Assembly (NCBI RefSeq): GCF_004010195.1
Contig: NC_057750.1
Location: 4,164,382-4,228,381 of the forward strand
Length of the DNA: 64,000 nucleotides
Source of the DNA: Chiloscyllium plagiosum
Lineage: Eukaryota
Reading direction: 5' to 3'
Below, piece by piece: positions 53,382-64,000 of the stretch (the first letter of the stretch is position 1; each line of letters opens with the position of its first letter). Both the position numbers and the translations under genes were made by a program. The notes under the pieces are model-generated. The model saw nothing but the letters and a program-made list of their open reading frames with translations. It was not told where the DNA came from and did no database searches.

Positions 53382-53930
53382 TTGGGAGCCTCTTGTGAAG
53401 CACTTCTGTGATCTTTCCTCCGGCATTTATCGTGATTTGTATCTGCCGCTTCCGGTTGTCAGTTCCAGCTGTCCGCTGCAGTGGCCGGTATATTGGGTCC
53501 AGGTCGATGTGCTTATTGATTGAATCTGTGGATGAGTGCCATGCCTCTAGGAATTCCCTGGCTGTTCTCTGTTTGGCTTGTCCTGTAATAGTAGTGTTGT
53601 CCCAGTCGAACTCATGTTGCTTGTCATGAGTGTGTGGCTACTAAGGATAGCTGGTCATGTCGTTTTGTGCTAGTTGGTGTTCATGGATCACCACATTCAA
53701 CAACCAAATATATGAACAAATCAACGGCGCACCCATGGACTTACCCATCTCTGGACTCCTAGCAGAAGCTGTAATGCAAAGATTAGAATAAACAGTCTTA
53801 CTAGAAAATCCAACCCAAACTCTGGGTCAGATATGTGGATGACACCTTTGTAATCATTAAAAACACAGAAATAGAGAACACACACCGGATCATCAACGCC
53901 ACACTCACAGGAATCCGATTCACTCGAGAG

Positions 53931-54054
53931 GAAGGAGGGCTTATGCCCGAAACGTCGATTCTCCTGTTCCTTGGATGCTGCCTGACCTGCTGCGCTTTTC
54001 CAGCAGTACATTTTCAGCTCTGATCTCCAGCATCTGCAACCCTCGCTTTCTCTC
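53931..54054 (+). mobile_element. Family A short repeat nested in the PLE RT region
   Basis: Interrupts FTREE|EEKDNQLPFLDV. aggaag is duplicated at 53929-53934 and 54055-54060. Confidence 0.78.
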
Positions 54055-54913
54055 AGGAAGAAAAGGACAACCAACTCCCATTCCTAGACGTATCTGTTTT
54101 TGGCGAATACATTGTTTAGGTGTTCTTCTTCCTCTTTTTGCAGTTCTGGTGTGCTGCAGTGTGTTGTGGCCCTTTTGAACAGTGTCTTGACACAAAAGAA
54201 GTTGCATCAAGACACTGTTCAAAAGGGCCACAACACACTGCAGTACACCAGAACTACAAAAAGAGGAAGAAGAACACTTATGCAATGCATTCGCCAAAAA
54301 CTATACCCGCGCAATTTCATCAATAGATGCCTAAGGGAAAGACAACGGAACGAGGACGTGCCACAACCCAAAGGACTAGCCACAGTACCATACATCAAGA
54401 GCATTTCCGAACTGACAGCCAGACTACTGCGATCACTAGGACTCATAACAGCACACAAACCAACAGCCACTCTCAGACAACAACTCACCAGGACGAAGGA
54501 CCCGATACCCAGCATGAGCAAAACCAATGTAGTGTACAAAATCCCATGCAAGGACTGCACAAAACACTACATAGGACAAACAGGAAGACCGGTAACAATC
54601 CGGATCCATGAACACCAACTAGCCACAAAACGACACGACCAGCTATCCTTAGTAGCCACGCACTCAGATGACAAGGAACATGAGTTCGACTGGGACAACA
54701 CTACTATTATAGGACAAGCCAAACAGAGAACAGCCAGGGAATTCCTAGAGGCATGGCACTCATCCACAGATTCAATCAATAAGCACATCGACCTGGACCC
54801 AATATACCGACCACTGCAACGAACAGCTGGAACTGACAACCGGAAGCGGCAGGTACAGATCACTATAAATGCTGGAGGAAAGATCACAGAAGCGATTCAA
54901 AGGAGGCTCCCAA

Positions 54914-54953
54914 GCACTGAGGATGTCACCTAGACGGGGGACGAAACTTCTGC
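54914..54953 (+). ncRNA. Minimal type I hammerhead ribozyme motif at the PLE 3' end (mutated stem III)
   Basis: gca-CTGAGGA-tgtcacctagacgggggac-GAAAC-tTC-tgc. Stem I is gca/tgc. The three copies in the window give consensus GAAACGTC. Confidence 0.7.
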
Positions 54954-55276
54954 AACACAAATTTCCAGCTCGGCGAACAGAATCACAACAACAACGAGCA
55001 CCCGAGCTACAAATCTTCTCCCAAACTTTGAATACATATGTATCATTAACTATGAGGTAACACCAATCTCGATCATTGTGAAAAGTTCTAAAGTTGTTTG
55101 GGAACTGGACTGCTTTCATATATAATTAATGTGTAAACTGTTGTTACAAATGTGTTAACTGTCTGTTTGCTTGGTGTATTGTGATGGCCCATTATGAAAC
55201 AAACATGAGCCCATTCTTTTCCTGCAGCAGCTCCTATCTGTAAGATGGTTGTCTGCTGGTGTATGTTTTAGTTAGT

Positions 55277-55368
55277 AGAAAGCCCTTCATCAAGGGCTTA
55301 TGCTCAAAATGTCAATTCTCATGCTCCCTTACCTGCTCTGCTTTTCCAGCACCACACACTCAACTATG
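55277..55368 (+). mobile_element. Degenerate family A repeat with tiny inverted 5' arm
   Basis: aaagcccttcatc-aagggctt... TSD tgttttagttagt at 55264-55276 and 55369-55381. Confidence 0.65.
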
Positions 55369-58300
55369 TGTTTTAGTTAGTGCCAAGCATTTCAGCAAAA
55401 TATTAAATAGGAAACGCTAGTGCACTTTTCCATGGGTTAATGTAATTTCTGAAAATTGTTTAACATTCCAAAACTATCTCTGTTTTTAACATGTAGTGCA
55501 AAGTTTAGTTTTTGTTTTTCAAAGGTCTTGATATGTCACCACCAGTATTACTATACCTTTACCTGCATGTCTGCTGCTTGCCCTGCATGTTGAATAGTGA
55601 GAATTTAGGTTCTGAATTCTGACTGGTTCTCACTGACAGCAGCAATTGAAGTCTGGTGCATAATGCCAAGGCTGTGGCAGTGAATGGGCATCTCACTGAT
55701 ATCCTGTTTTAAAATGGAAGCACATTTAAAAGTGAGACATGGGTCAGTTGTGAAATTTCCACAGGTAAAATTTGCAGCGGTGATCGGGCACATCAGTTGA
55801 ACAAGAATAGACTCTGGCCTTTGTTTTGACTACACTTCATTGTAAACTGTGATTCAGTCTGAATGCTTTCATCAGTAAAAGGAAAATGCTTCAACGTTTT
55901 AATTAAAAAGTATATGTTAGAAGGTATCAATTTTTTTAAACCAATTCGGGGGAGAAAAGGTATTTTGAATATAATTCTGTGCCATAGTGCAAGATCGTTA
56001 ATTTATTTTCACTTCTCCCCCCTCAAACACCCCAACACACTGAGCCCAAGAATGCAGTCACCACCTGTAACTACCTCGTTATTTTCCAGCCTATGATCAG
56101 TTAATTTGGCACAATGCAGTATTTTAAACCCAGTACTTTCTAGTTTGGATTGCTCAGTGCTGACAACAGCAGACTTCTATGCTGTTTGTTTACAACATCA
56201 CTGCTAGTGAGTGATTCTATTTGAATGCTATCATTTCATCCTGTTGATCTGATGCAGACTTTTACTTTTCTCTCAGCCATTTCTCAGTTTTTTTTTAAGG
56301 ACCCCTCTTGATTGTGTTCTCTGCCTTATCAGCCTGATACTTATCCAATGGATTTAGCTTTAACAGTACTTTATTCCTCATTGTTGCTTATTCTTTTTCT
56401 TGGCTTGTGTGTCTGACTTCAGTGAATCTGTCGTACTGTCTGTTTGTGGGTAGCATGTAGGTAGCTATTACATTACATGACTCAGGCTGCAATAATAATC
56501 CTGGAAGTGTGCTGACTCCTTGATTAACTCAACCCTGCATCTCTTTAAACCACATTGGTTTTTGTTTAAAACAAATCTATACTTTCTGCAGAACTGGAGT
56601 CACTGCTACGTAATAGGTTTGACTTTTCCTGTAATGTTTAGTGCACTCAAGTGGCCATCATCACTGATCTTGACCATAGTGTACAGTCGTTAGAAAAGCA
56701 AGGATCAAATAAGTTCAGCCTTTACAGGAATAAGAGGCATTTTTAAAAGCAGAGTATACTTTGTAATCTCTGTAAGCTGAAAAGTGAGTCAAGGATTGAA
56801 TGTAATGATACAAATAACCCAAGCTCAGTGTTTGGATTTTCACACTGGATTATATGCTCAGTCTTGTATGAACTTGTGTAGCTGATGCACAGCCAAAGCT
56901 TTCAAAAGAAAACTGTAGGTTCGGATGTAATAATGGCAATCCCCAAGATGAGGTATTACATACTACACAAGGCTCATTCAGCCACAGTTAAAATCTCCTC
57001 TGCAATCTACTTGATAGTGTGTGGTTGGCGTTGAAGATTTAGCATCCTCCTCAAACTATTTTTAAGTCCATCCCATGTGAGCTTTGGACTGGGTGCCTCC
57101 CTTTATTGCCTTCAGAGACTAATCGAGTAAATTAACTGAGTAATCCAAATGATTGTAATGATGGAATGGAATGAGGGTAATATGAGAATAGGTTATTGGA
57201 TGATGAGATGCATACACTGTGTAGTTAATTATCTTTTAGCAAAGGGAGCTAAGTACGATATACATGAGAGAGAACTGAATGTGTGCATACATTGTAATGA
57301 AGGGTGTGACATTGTTTTAAACAAGACAATCTGAGGTTTATTTAACCAATTTTTAGATAATTGCGAACGGTTGTACTGTCAGTATGTCAAAGGTATGTTG
57401 GTTTAAACTTTATGGGTTATTGCTGCAGCCTTATTGAAGTACTGCATGCATTAATCTTCGGCTGGCTGTTCAAACCAAAAATCAGGGATACACAAAAAGT
57501 CGTGTGATTTTAGTTTTTTAATTTCTCATTTTTAGTCTAAGGTGTAACTCATGAAAGCTTGCTTAAAGGTCCAAAATGTGGAGTATTCACAGCTTAATTT
57601 ACCTTGTATCCAGCTATGTCTATCGCATCATGAACCTTTTTTCTTTCCCCTTTCCATTGTGACTAGTTCTTCTTCTGGCCTTTTTGCCAAAGGTGAGCAG
57701 TTGGCTTTCCAAGATTTTACTATGCTCTGTAGTTAAGCTAGTTTTGTGTTGCCTGAACCATGGGGAAGGAGGGGAAATTGAACACAATTGGAAAGAGTAC
57801 CATTCACTTTTTGATTGGAGATGTAACATGCAGTGTAGATAAATGAGACCCTGTTGATGTACTATGTTTGGATTTCAGAAAGCATTTCATAAGCTGTCAC
57901 ATCAAAAGTTATTGTGTAAAATAGAAGCTAATGGTGTAAGAAATGGCATATTAGCATGGATAGAAGATTGCCTGCCCAGCTGAAACCGGTATTCAAAAGT
58001 GAGCCATCGTCTGATTGGTAGGATGGGATGAGTGGAGTCCTGTCAGGGTCTTTGCTGGAGCCTCAACTTTTTTCAATTTACGTTAATGCCTTCAACTGGG
58101 GAGTGAAGGCATGGAGCTAAATTTGCACATCAACATCAAGACTGATTATTTTAGGCAAGAAAATCATGGGTTATTGGGGGCTAGATGGGAATGTAGAATT
58201 CAAAACAGATCAACCACGATTTTGCTGAACAGCAGAGTAGGTTTGAGAGACTGAGCGGTCTCCTTTGGATCCCATTTGACATGTCAGCTCTCATTCTTCT

Positions 58301-58932
58301 AAACATCTATGGATACAGGCTCAGTAGGTCCAAGCTTTCATCACAATTTATCTTATCTTCTGCAAATTGAAGTAATGATCAAGGAAACCTTCTCAGAACT
58401 ATCAGCCCTTTTAAGTCCTTTCTTAAAAATGGAGGCCAGAATGATGGTATTCTTTGGCCTGCTCTAGTACTCCAGTGAAGCTCAGCACAAGCTGGAGAAG
58501 CAACACCTCATTTTCTGCATCAGATTTCTACCTTCAGCATCTGTGACTCAGCATTTGAGTTGAACAATTTGAGTGTGAAGATCTTCTCTCATAATGGTTA
58601 ACCATTCCAATAACCTAAGGTCTTGCTCAGTGCTTCCAGCATGCACCCAGCCAACTCATTTCCACTGTTCACATTTCCTGTTCGCACACTTTGAGCACTT
58701 CTGTCTCCTGTTGTGATTCTCACTTTTTTCCTCTCCTCTTTCCCCCTTTTTTCTTTCACCACAGATGCTAAAAGATCTGAGTGTCTCTGGCACTTTGGTT
58801 TTGTTATAGTTTTAGGTTTTCCCTGCTTTTCCATCAGAGTTGAGATTGCACACTGAGCATAGGAATCTTGATCATTCAAAGTATAATTGAAATTACTGCT
58901 TCAGTCATACAGTGAAAATGTCTGAATTGTCA

Positions 58933-59148
58933 TGGTTACAAGTCACATGAACAGGTTATAGTTCAACAATTTTATTTGAAACTACAAAGCTTTCAGCGTG
59001 CTGCTCATTTGTCAGGTGAAGTGATTTCACCTGATGAAGGAGCAGCACTCCGAAAGATTGGGGTTCAAAATAAATCTGTTAGACTCTAACCTGGTATCAT
59101 ATAACTTCTGACAGTCTCCACACCAGTCCAACACCAGCACCTCCACAT
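58933..59148. mobile_element. Family B inverted dimer (older)
   Basis: ...gtcaggtgaa-gtgat-ttcac-CTGATGA-aggagcagcactcc-GAAAG... The arms are degenerate reverse complements. Confidence 0.68.
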
Positions 59149-60240
59149 TGATTTATCATGTGCAGACTGAAGTCCAGGTCCCTGATTTCCAAAAGAGGTT
59201 ACATTAATGCATATTATGTTTGGAGTGATATTGGCTTTGTATCATTTTTCAAAGGTTTATTTAGTGCTCTATGTTTTAGGTATAATTGGACTTGCTGTAT
59301 TTAACTTGAACATTACAAGGAAGTCGTTGCCTTAATCACAATGACTAGTACATGTCTTTAGTGTCTACATGATAAATCTGTGATAAGATCTTGCAGTCTG
59401 TTCACTACATTCTTCAAAGCCCTTGTTGAGTGTTAACCAACTTGTCTCCCACGTGACTTGCATTTTGTTCTGTTTTTTAAAAAAGGTGAATGACTGAACT
59501 GATTGCATAATTTCTGCAGTTGAAGTCGACTATTCCACCCAAAGTGCAAAGGCCACTTTTTCTTTTCGCGTTCTGTTTTATTGAAGCTCGTTCTAAGCGT
59601 TGAAAGCTTCTTCCAAATTGAAGCAACTTCAAACCAGAATCTACAATACCCATGTTGCCTCTCATGTTGCATTAATTTCATGGTCATTATCAAGCCTCAA
59701 TAGCAGCTACAGGCAAATCAGAAATCCGTCTGGTACCATGGTATGTGTTCTTCTGATGCTTGGGGCTTGGACACATCAGGGTGGAAATGGAGAAGATTTT
59801 TGGTTTGACTTGATGCCATGCTGCCACTGAATGTGTGAGATCCAAAGTGTACCATTTCATGGGCTATAACTAGTCTTTTCCCAGTGTTTGAGGGAAAAAA
59901 GTAGATTATATATATCTGCCACTGGTTTAGGAAATTTTTCAGTCTGATTCGATGACTGGAAACATTGCTAAATTGAAAACCTAGCTTTTATTTTTCTGCA
60001 GTACTTTCAGAGTAGCAGGTCAGTAATATGATTTGGCAGATAGAGACTGCTGGTACACAGGGGATATATTAGACAGAGGATGCAGTTGTATAGAAAATAT
60101 AATAAAGAGTACTGTTAGGTTAAAGATGTCAATCTTGCTGAACTGTCTGGGATTTGGCAAACAATCAATTTTGTCCTGGCTGATGCTTCTGTCCACTGGC
60201 TTTAACAAAGATTAAAATGTGGCTGTGTAAAAACCTGCTG

Positions 60241-60420
60241 TCTCTCTAATCCTGCCTGGTCTCTGCACTGCATCTCTAATTCTGCCTGGTCTCTGTACTG
60301 TCTCTCTAACCCTACCTGGCCTCTGCACTGCGTCTCTAACCCTGCCTGGTCTCTGCACTGTCTCCCTATCACTGCCTGGTCTCTGCACTGCGTCTCTAAC
60401 CCTGCCTGGTCTCTGCACTG
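60241..60420. repeat. 30-bp minisatellite, 6 copies, alternating 60-bp higher-order pattern
   Basis: Unit (tc/cg)tctctaaccctgcctggtctctgcactg, read directly. Confidence 0.95.
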
Positions 60421-60450
60421 TCTGGTCCCTGGTCGAAAAGGTATCCACAG

Positions 60451-60570
60451 AGACCAGGCAGGGTTAGGGAGGCAGTCCAGAGACCAGGCAGGGTTAGGGA
60501 GGCAGTGCAGAGACCAGGCAGGGTTAGGGAGGCAGTGCAGAGACCAGGCAGGGTTAGGGAGGCAGTGCAG
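60451..60570. repeat. 30-bp minisatellite, 4 near-identical copies, reverse complement of the 60241 array
   Basis: Unit agaccaggcagggttagggaggcagtgcag. Confidence 0.95.
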
Positions 60571-61509
60571 AAGATATGCCAAAAGGTATCCACAGAAATA
60601 AACATTCGTGGGCAAAAACCCCACATCCACAATTTTAAAGCTATTTTTAAACAAGCTCTGCACTTGGGGATATTGTCATTTGCAGGGGTTCTCATGAAAG
60701 GAACCCTCGCACATACAGAGGAATGACTGTGCATTTGGCTATCTGAATGATCAGATTAGGCTGAAGCTTCTCCATTTTCCTAGAAATATTTTAACCGTAT
60801 TCCAAAACACACCAGGTTTCAGAGGAAAGTTTCAGGAAGGAAAAGTAACTGGGAGCTTGATGCCATTGCTGAATCTTTTTCTGCACCCCTTCCCTTCCTC
60901 AAGGTCGTTGCTGGAGTACTGTTCAATGGATTGCCTCTTACATCGCAGTCCAGTGGCCATTATTCTCAACATGAGTGCTAGCAAGGCCTTGGCCAGGATA
61001 AGAGAGCCTTATATTTCTTCAGCGTTTTTCATAACCCTTGGCTTTAAAATATTTCAAGGCATCCTATGAGGTACCTTTCAAAACATAGTCACTATTGTAA
61101 TGGAGAAATTGCAACAGTCAAATTGTACATAGAAAGATTTGATGATCAGACAGTCTGTTTTAGTGATAATATTTGAGAGGTAAATGCTGACCAGGACTCA
61201 GGAACAGGGGAAGCTACCCTGATTTTTCTTGACGATTGTGCCATTGTGTCCTTCTCATCTGCCCAAGAGGACAGATGCAACCTTGGAATAATTTCTCATT
61301 CAAAAAGTGGCATGTCTGATGGTGCAGAACTCCCTCCATTCCATATTGGAGCATGAGCCTTGATTTTTGACAGAGTCCCTTTGAAGCGAATCTTGAGCCC
61401 AAAATCGGAAAGGCTAATAAAATGTTGGCCTTTATTTCAAGGGGGCATGGAGGAGGGAAGTCTTGCTGCATTTGTAGAAGGTGCTGGTGAGACCATGACT
61501 GGAGTGCAG

Positions 61510-61632
61510 AGGAGAAGGTGAGGACTGTAGATGCTGAATGTCAGAGTCGAAAAATGTGGTGCTGGAAAAGCACAGCAGGTCAGGCAGCTTCCAAGGAGCA
61601 GGGGAGTCAACTTTTTGGGCATAAACCCTTCT
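61510..61632 (-). mobile_element. Family A short repeat
   Basis: ggagaaggtgaggactgtagatgctg...ttttgggcataaacccttc is the reverse complement of the family A tail. Confidence 0.7.
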
Positions 61633-64000
61633 GTGTAGCTTAGGTATAAGGAATATCATAGTACGGATTAAAGATGGGCTGGCCTGCTGAAAACTGTTTT
61701 CAAAAGTGATCCTTGATCTAATGAGTGGATCCTGTAAGGGTCTGTGCTGGGGCTCAATTTCTTGAAATTAATATTAATGCCTTTGAGGGGATATGCACAT
61801 CATCACCAAATTAGGTAGAAAGGAAGGCGTTTTGAAGAATGGTTGTCAAATATTTTCAAGGCTGATGATTTTTAGGCAAGGAGGTAGTGTCTTCTCTTAA
61901 ATAAGGGCCATAGTCAATCTGTTTTGATATAATGTTCCCATCAACAGGGTATTGGAAGTCAATTGGAACATTGAATTCAGTGACCCTCATTGAAGAGAAG
62001 ACATTATTTCACGAGAGGCAGTTCAGAGAAAGTTCACTAGGACGATACCTGTTATGGGGGATTACCTTATGAGCAAAGGTTAAACTGACTGGGTCTCTAC
62101 TCATTTGAAATTCGGAAGAATGAGAGACTATTTTATTGAAACGTATAGGATTCATAAGGGGGTTGACTAAATAAATGCTGGGAGGATGTTTTCCCTCATG
62201 GGAGAGTCTAGGGTCAGAGGGCACAATCTCAGAATGCAAAGGCACAAAATTTAAGACTAAGATGAAGAGCAATTTCTTCTGAGGGTTGAGAGTCTTTGGA
62301 ATTCTTGCCAGAGAGCTGTGAGGACAGAGTTCTTGGGTCCATGTTAGGCTGAGAGAACTTCTTGATCAATCAGGGAATTGAGGGTTAAGGGAAAAGGGCA
62401 GGAAGTTGAATGTCAGATCAGCCATGATCCTGTTGAATGGTGGAGTCGGCTCGAGGGTGGTGGGGGGAGCCACAGCAGTGTCAGCTTGTCTCCTCCCAGA
62501 GGGTGAGTACCTTTTGCTGTCTTAGATTAACTCCTTACAAAATCTTCTGATCTATAAAGTTCAGTCACTAGCTGAATAAACTTACTGATAAAGCACAGAG
62601 GTAAACTTTTTTTTAAAAAAATCGTTTTTGCTTATTTGAAAGAGAAGATTCCTGTAATTTTTCTGGCCGGTTTCCAGGCTGAGTAAGTCATTATAACAAA
62701 ATTGCGGGATGATCCAGCTTTAATGTTGAGTTTTGTACATATCATCCTGTCCACGCCTGCTTTGTGGTTTCAGGATGACTACTAAAAACATGTCAGGGCA
62801 GTGTGCTCCTTTTTTAAAGCATTTTGGTCGAAGTTGTAAGCTTGTGCAGAAGAGAACGAAAGCTGACTAACTAAAGTCGTCATTTCAGAAAATGAAACTC
62901 CTGAATAACAACCTTGTATTGGATTGAGAATGTGCTGTAATTCCGGAAGCTTCCCCCCTCTCCTGTCCTCTCCTGTACAGAGAGACCTCGAGACTATAAG
63001 CAGCTTGTTATAGGGAGTTCCAGGTAACTTGATGCTGAGGAGTGTGGAAGTTTGTACAGTGTTGTTGACATTTTGGCAACGCCTTGTATAAGCCTATGGA
63101 CAAGGACATATTCTGTTTGCTTGTGTGCCTTATGCAGTGAATCATTGTGCTGTTTTTAACAATTAGGGGTGGTTGCTGTAGTACTGCTCAATATGGGACT
63201 TTAACAGACGTGCTCAGACGGAGCAAGAGTGTGATGATGATGTATGTACCTTTTGAAATGTAAGTCTGCAGTATGCTAAGGATATCTCAAGCTAATCCCC
63301 ATTGGGAGAATTTGGTGTAGTGTTGCTTCGTGGGTACCAAGATAACTTGTGGAGGGAAAGGAAAGTGGGGCAATAGGTGTGGCATGGTTTAGTGTTTGCA
63401 CCAGATATTTGAGACAGAGAGATTTATTCTTCTCAACCAGTGTGCCTAGCATGAGAGTGCTGGAAAATAATTCCCAGCCCCTGTGCCAACTTACTTTCAC
63501 CGCCACTTTTGTTTCATGATTTTTATAAAAATAAATCATGTTACCAGCTCCAACGGTGAGTAATAATCTAAAATTTAATCAGAAAACAAAACCTGACATC
63601 CAGCAAGATTACTGTCCGTTTATCTGTGAGTGGGTGACTGGAGAAAAGTGAAAAGAGAGGGAAAAAGAAAACTCAACAGACATTCAAACTTTGCAACTTT
63701 TCAAGGTGTACATGTGTTAGAAATGTGAAATTACAACACAAATTGCAGTGAATCCTCAGCAAGTCAGACAATATTTGTGGAGGGAACAACAGTTGATATT
63801 TCAGTTGACATTTAGCATAAGCTTTGCTTTTCGCTCCACACTGGTGCCTAATCTACTCAGTATGTTTTATTTTATTTAGTTTTAGTTTATGAAACTTTGA
63901 CATAAACCCTGTAATTGCAATGCATGGTTGTACCTCAAATAGTTGACGGCCTTCAAGCACTCAAATGCAGATGACTTTCTGCTTGTGAAAACAGATGGGT

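Larger units (their letters stand above)
53305..55030 (+). mobile_element. Penelope-like retroelement (degraded RT + GIY-YIG endonuclease) with an inverted copy of its 3' end
   Basis: RT fragment 53690-53930 (FNNQIYEQINGAPM..ISGLLAE...WVRYVDDTF). GIY-YIG in ORF 54100-54933 (VVYKIPCKDCTKHYIGQTGR..RIHEH..EFLEAWH..SINK). 53305-53688 is the reverse complement of about 54600-54990. TSD aatacata(c/t)gtat at 53292-53304 and 55031-55043. Confidence 0.9.

Noticed and set aside
54100..54933. 277-aa ORF as a domesticated GIY-YIG nuclease gene
   Set aside because: Its N-terminus is derived from an inverted fragment, the upstream RT is broken by a stop, frameshift and insertion, and it closely matches another decayed copy at 21972-22845.
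60241..60570. CRISPR-like array
   Set aside because: Units are contiguous with no unique spacers, there are no cas genes, and the context is a eukaryotic intron.
60202..60734. Repetitive ORFs (153 aa, 112 aa and others)
   Set aside because: By-products of stop-free 30-bp repeats, with no splice or homology support.

Overview
Vertebrate genomic DNA, almost certainly from a cartilaginous fish (shark), inferred from many HE1-type V-SINEs, Deu-domain SINEs and CR1/HER1 LINE debris. The window holds the 5' coding half of a + strand SIPA1L3 gene. Eight coding exons (34452-52811, 3050 nt, about 1016 codons) encode the N-terminal region, a complete RapGAP domain with the catalytic 'HIGND' Asn thumb, and a PDZ domain. 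All splice junctions are GT-AG with compatible phases, and the gene continues beyond the window. The rest is probably intron, rich in retroelements. The most distinctive non-genic signal is a set of at least three Penelope-like element (PLE) families, each carrying a minimal hammerhead-ribozyme core (CUGAnGA-hairpin-GAAA-palindromic ACGU/AGCU-cleavage triplet). They are repeatedly inserted as head-to-head inverted dimers, several with 11-14 bp target-site duplications (TSDs). Also present: a rearranged CR1/PLE composite that splits an older repeat, a mirror pair of 30-bp minisatellite arrays with GGGTTAGGG motifs, a uORF-dense 5'UTR with a possible bypass acceptor, and a candidate poison exon. 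Repeat boundaries and family names were read by eye and are approximate.
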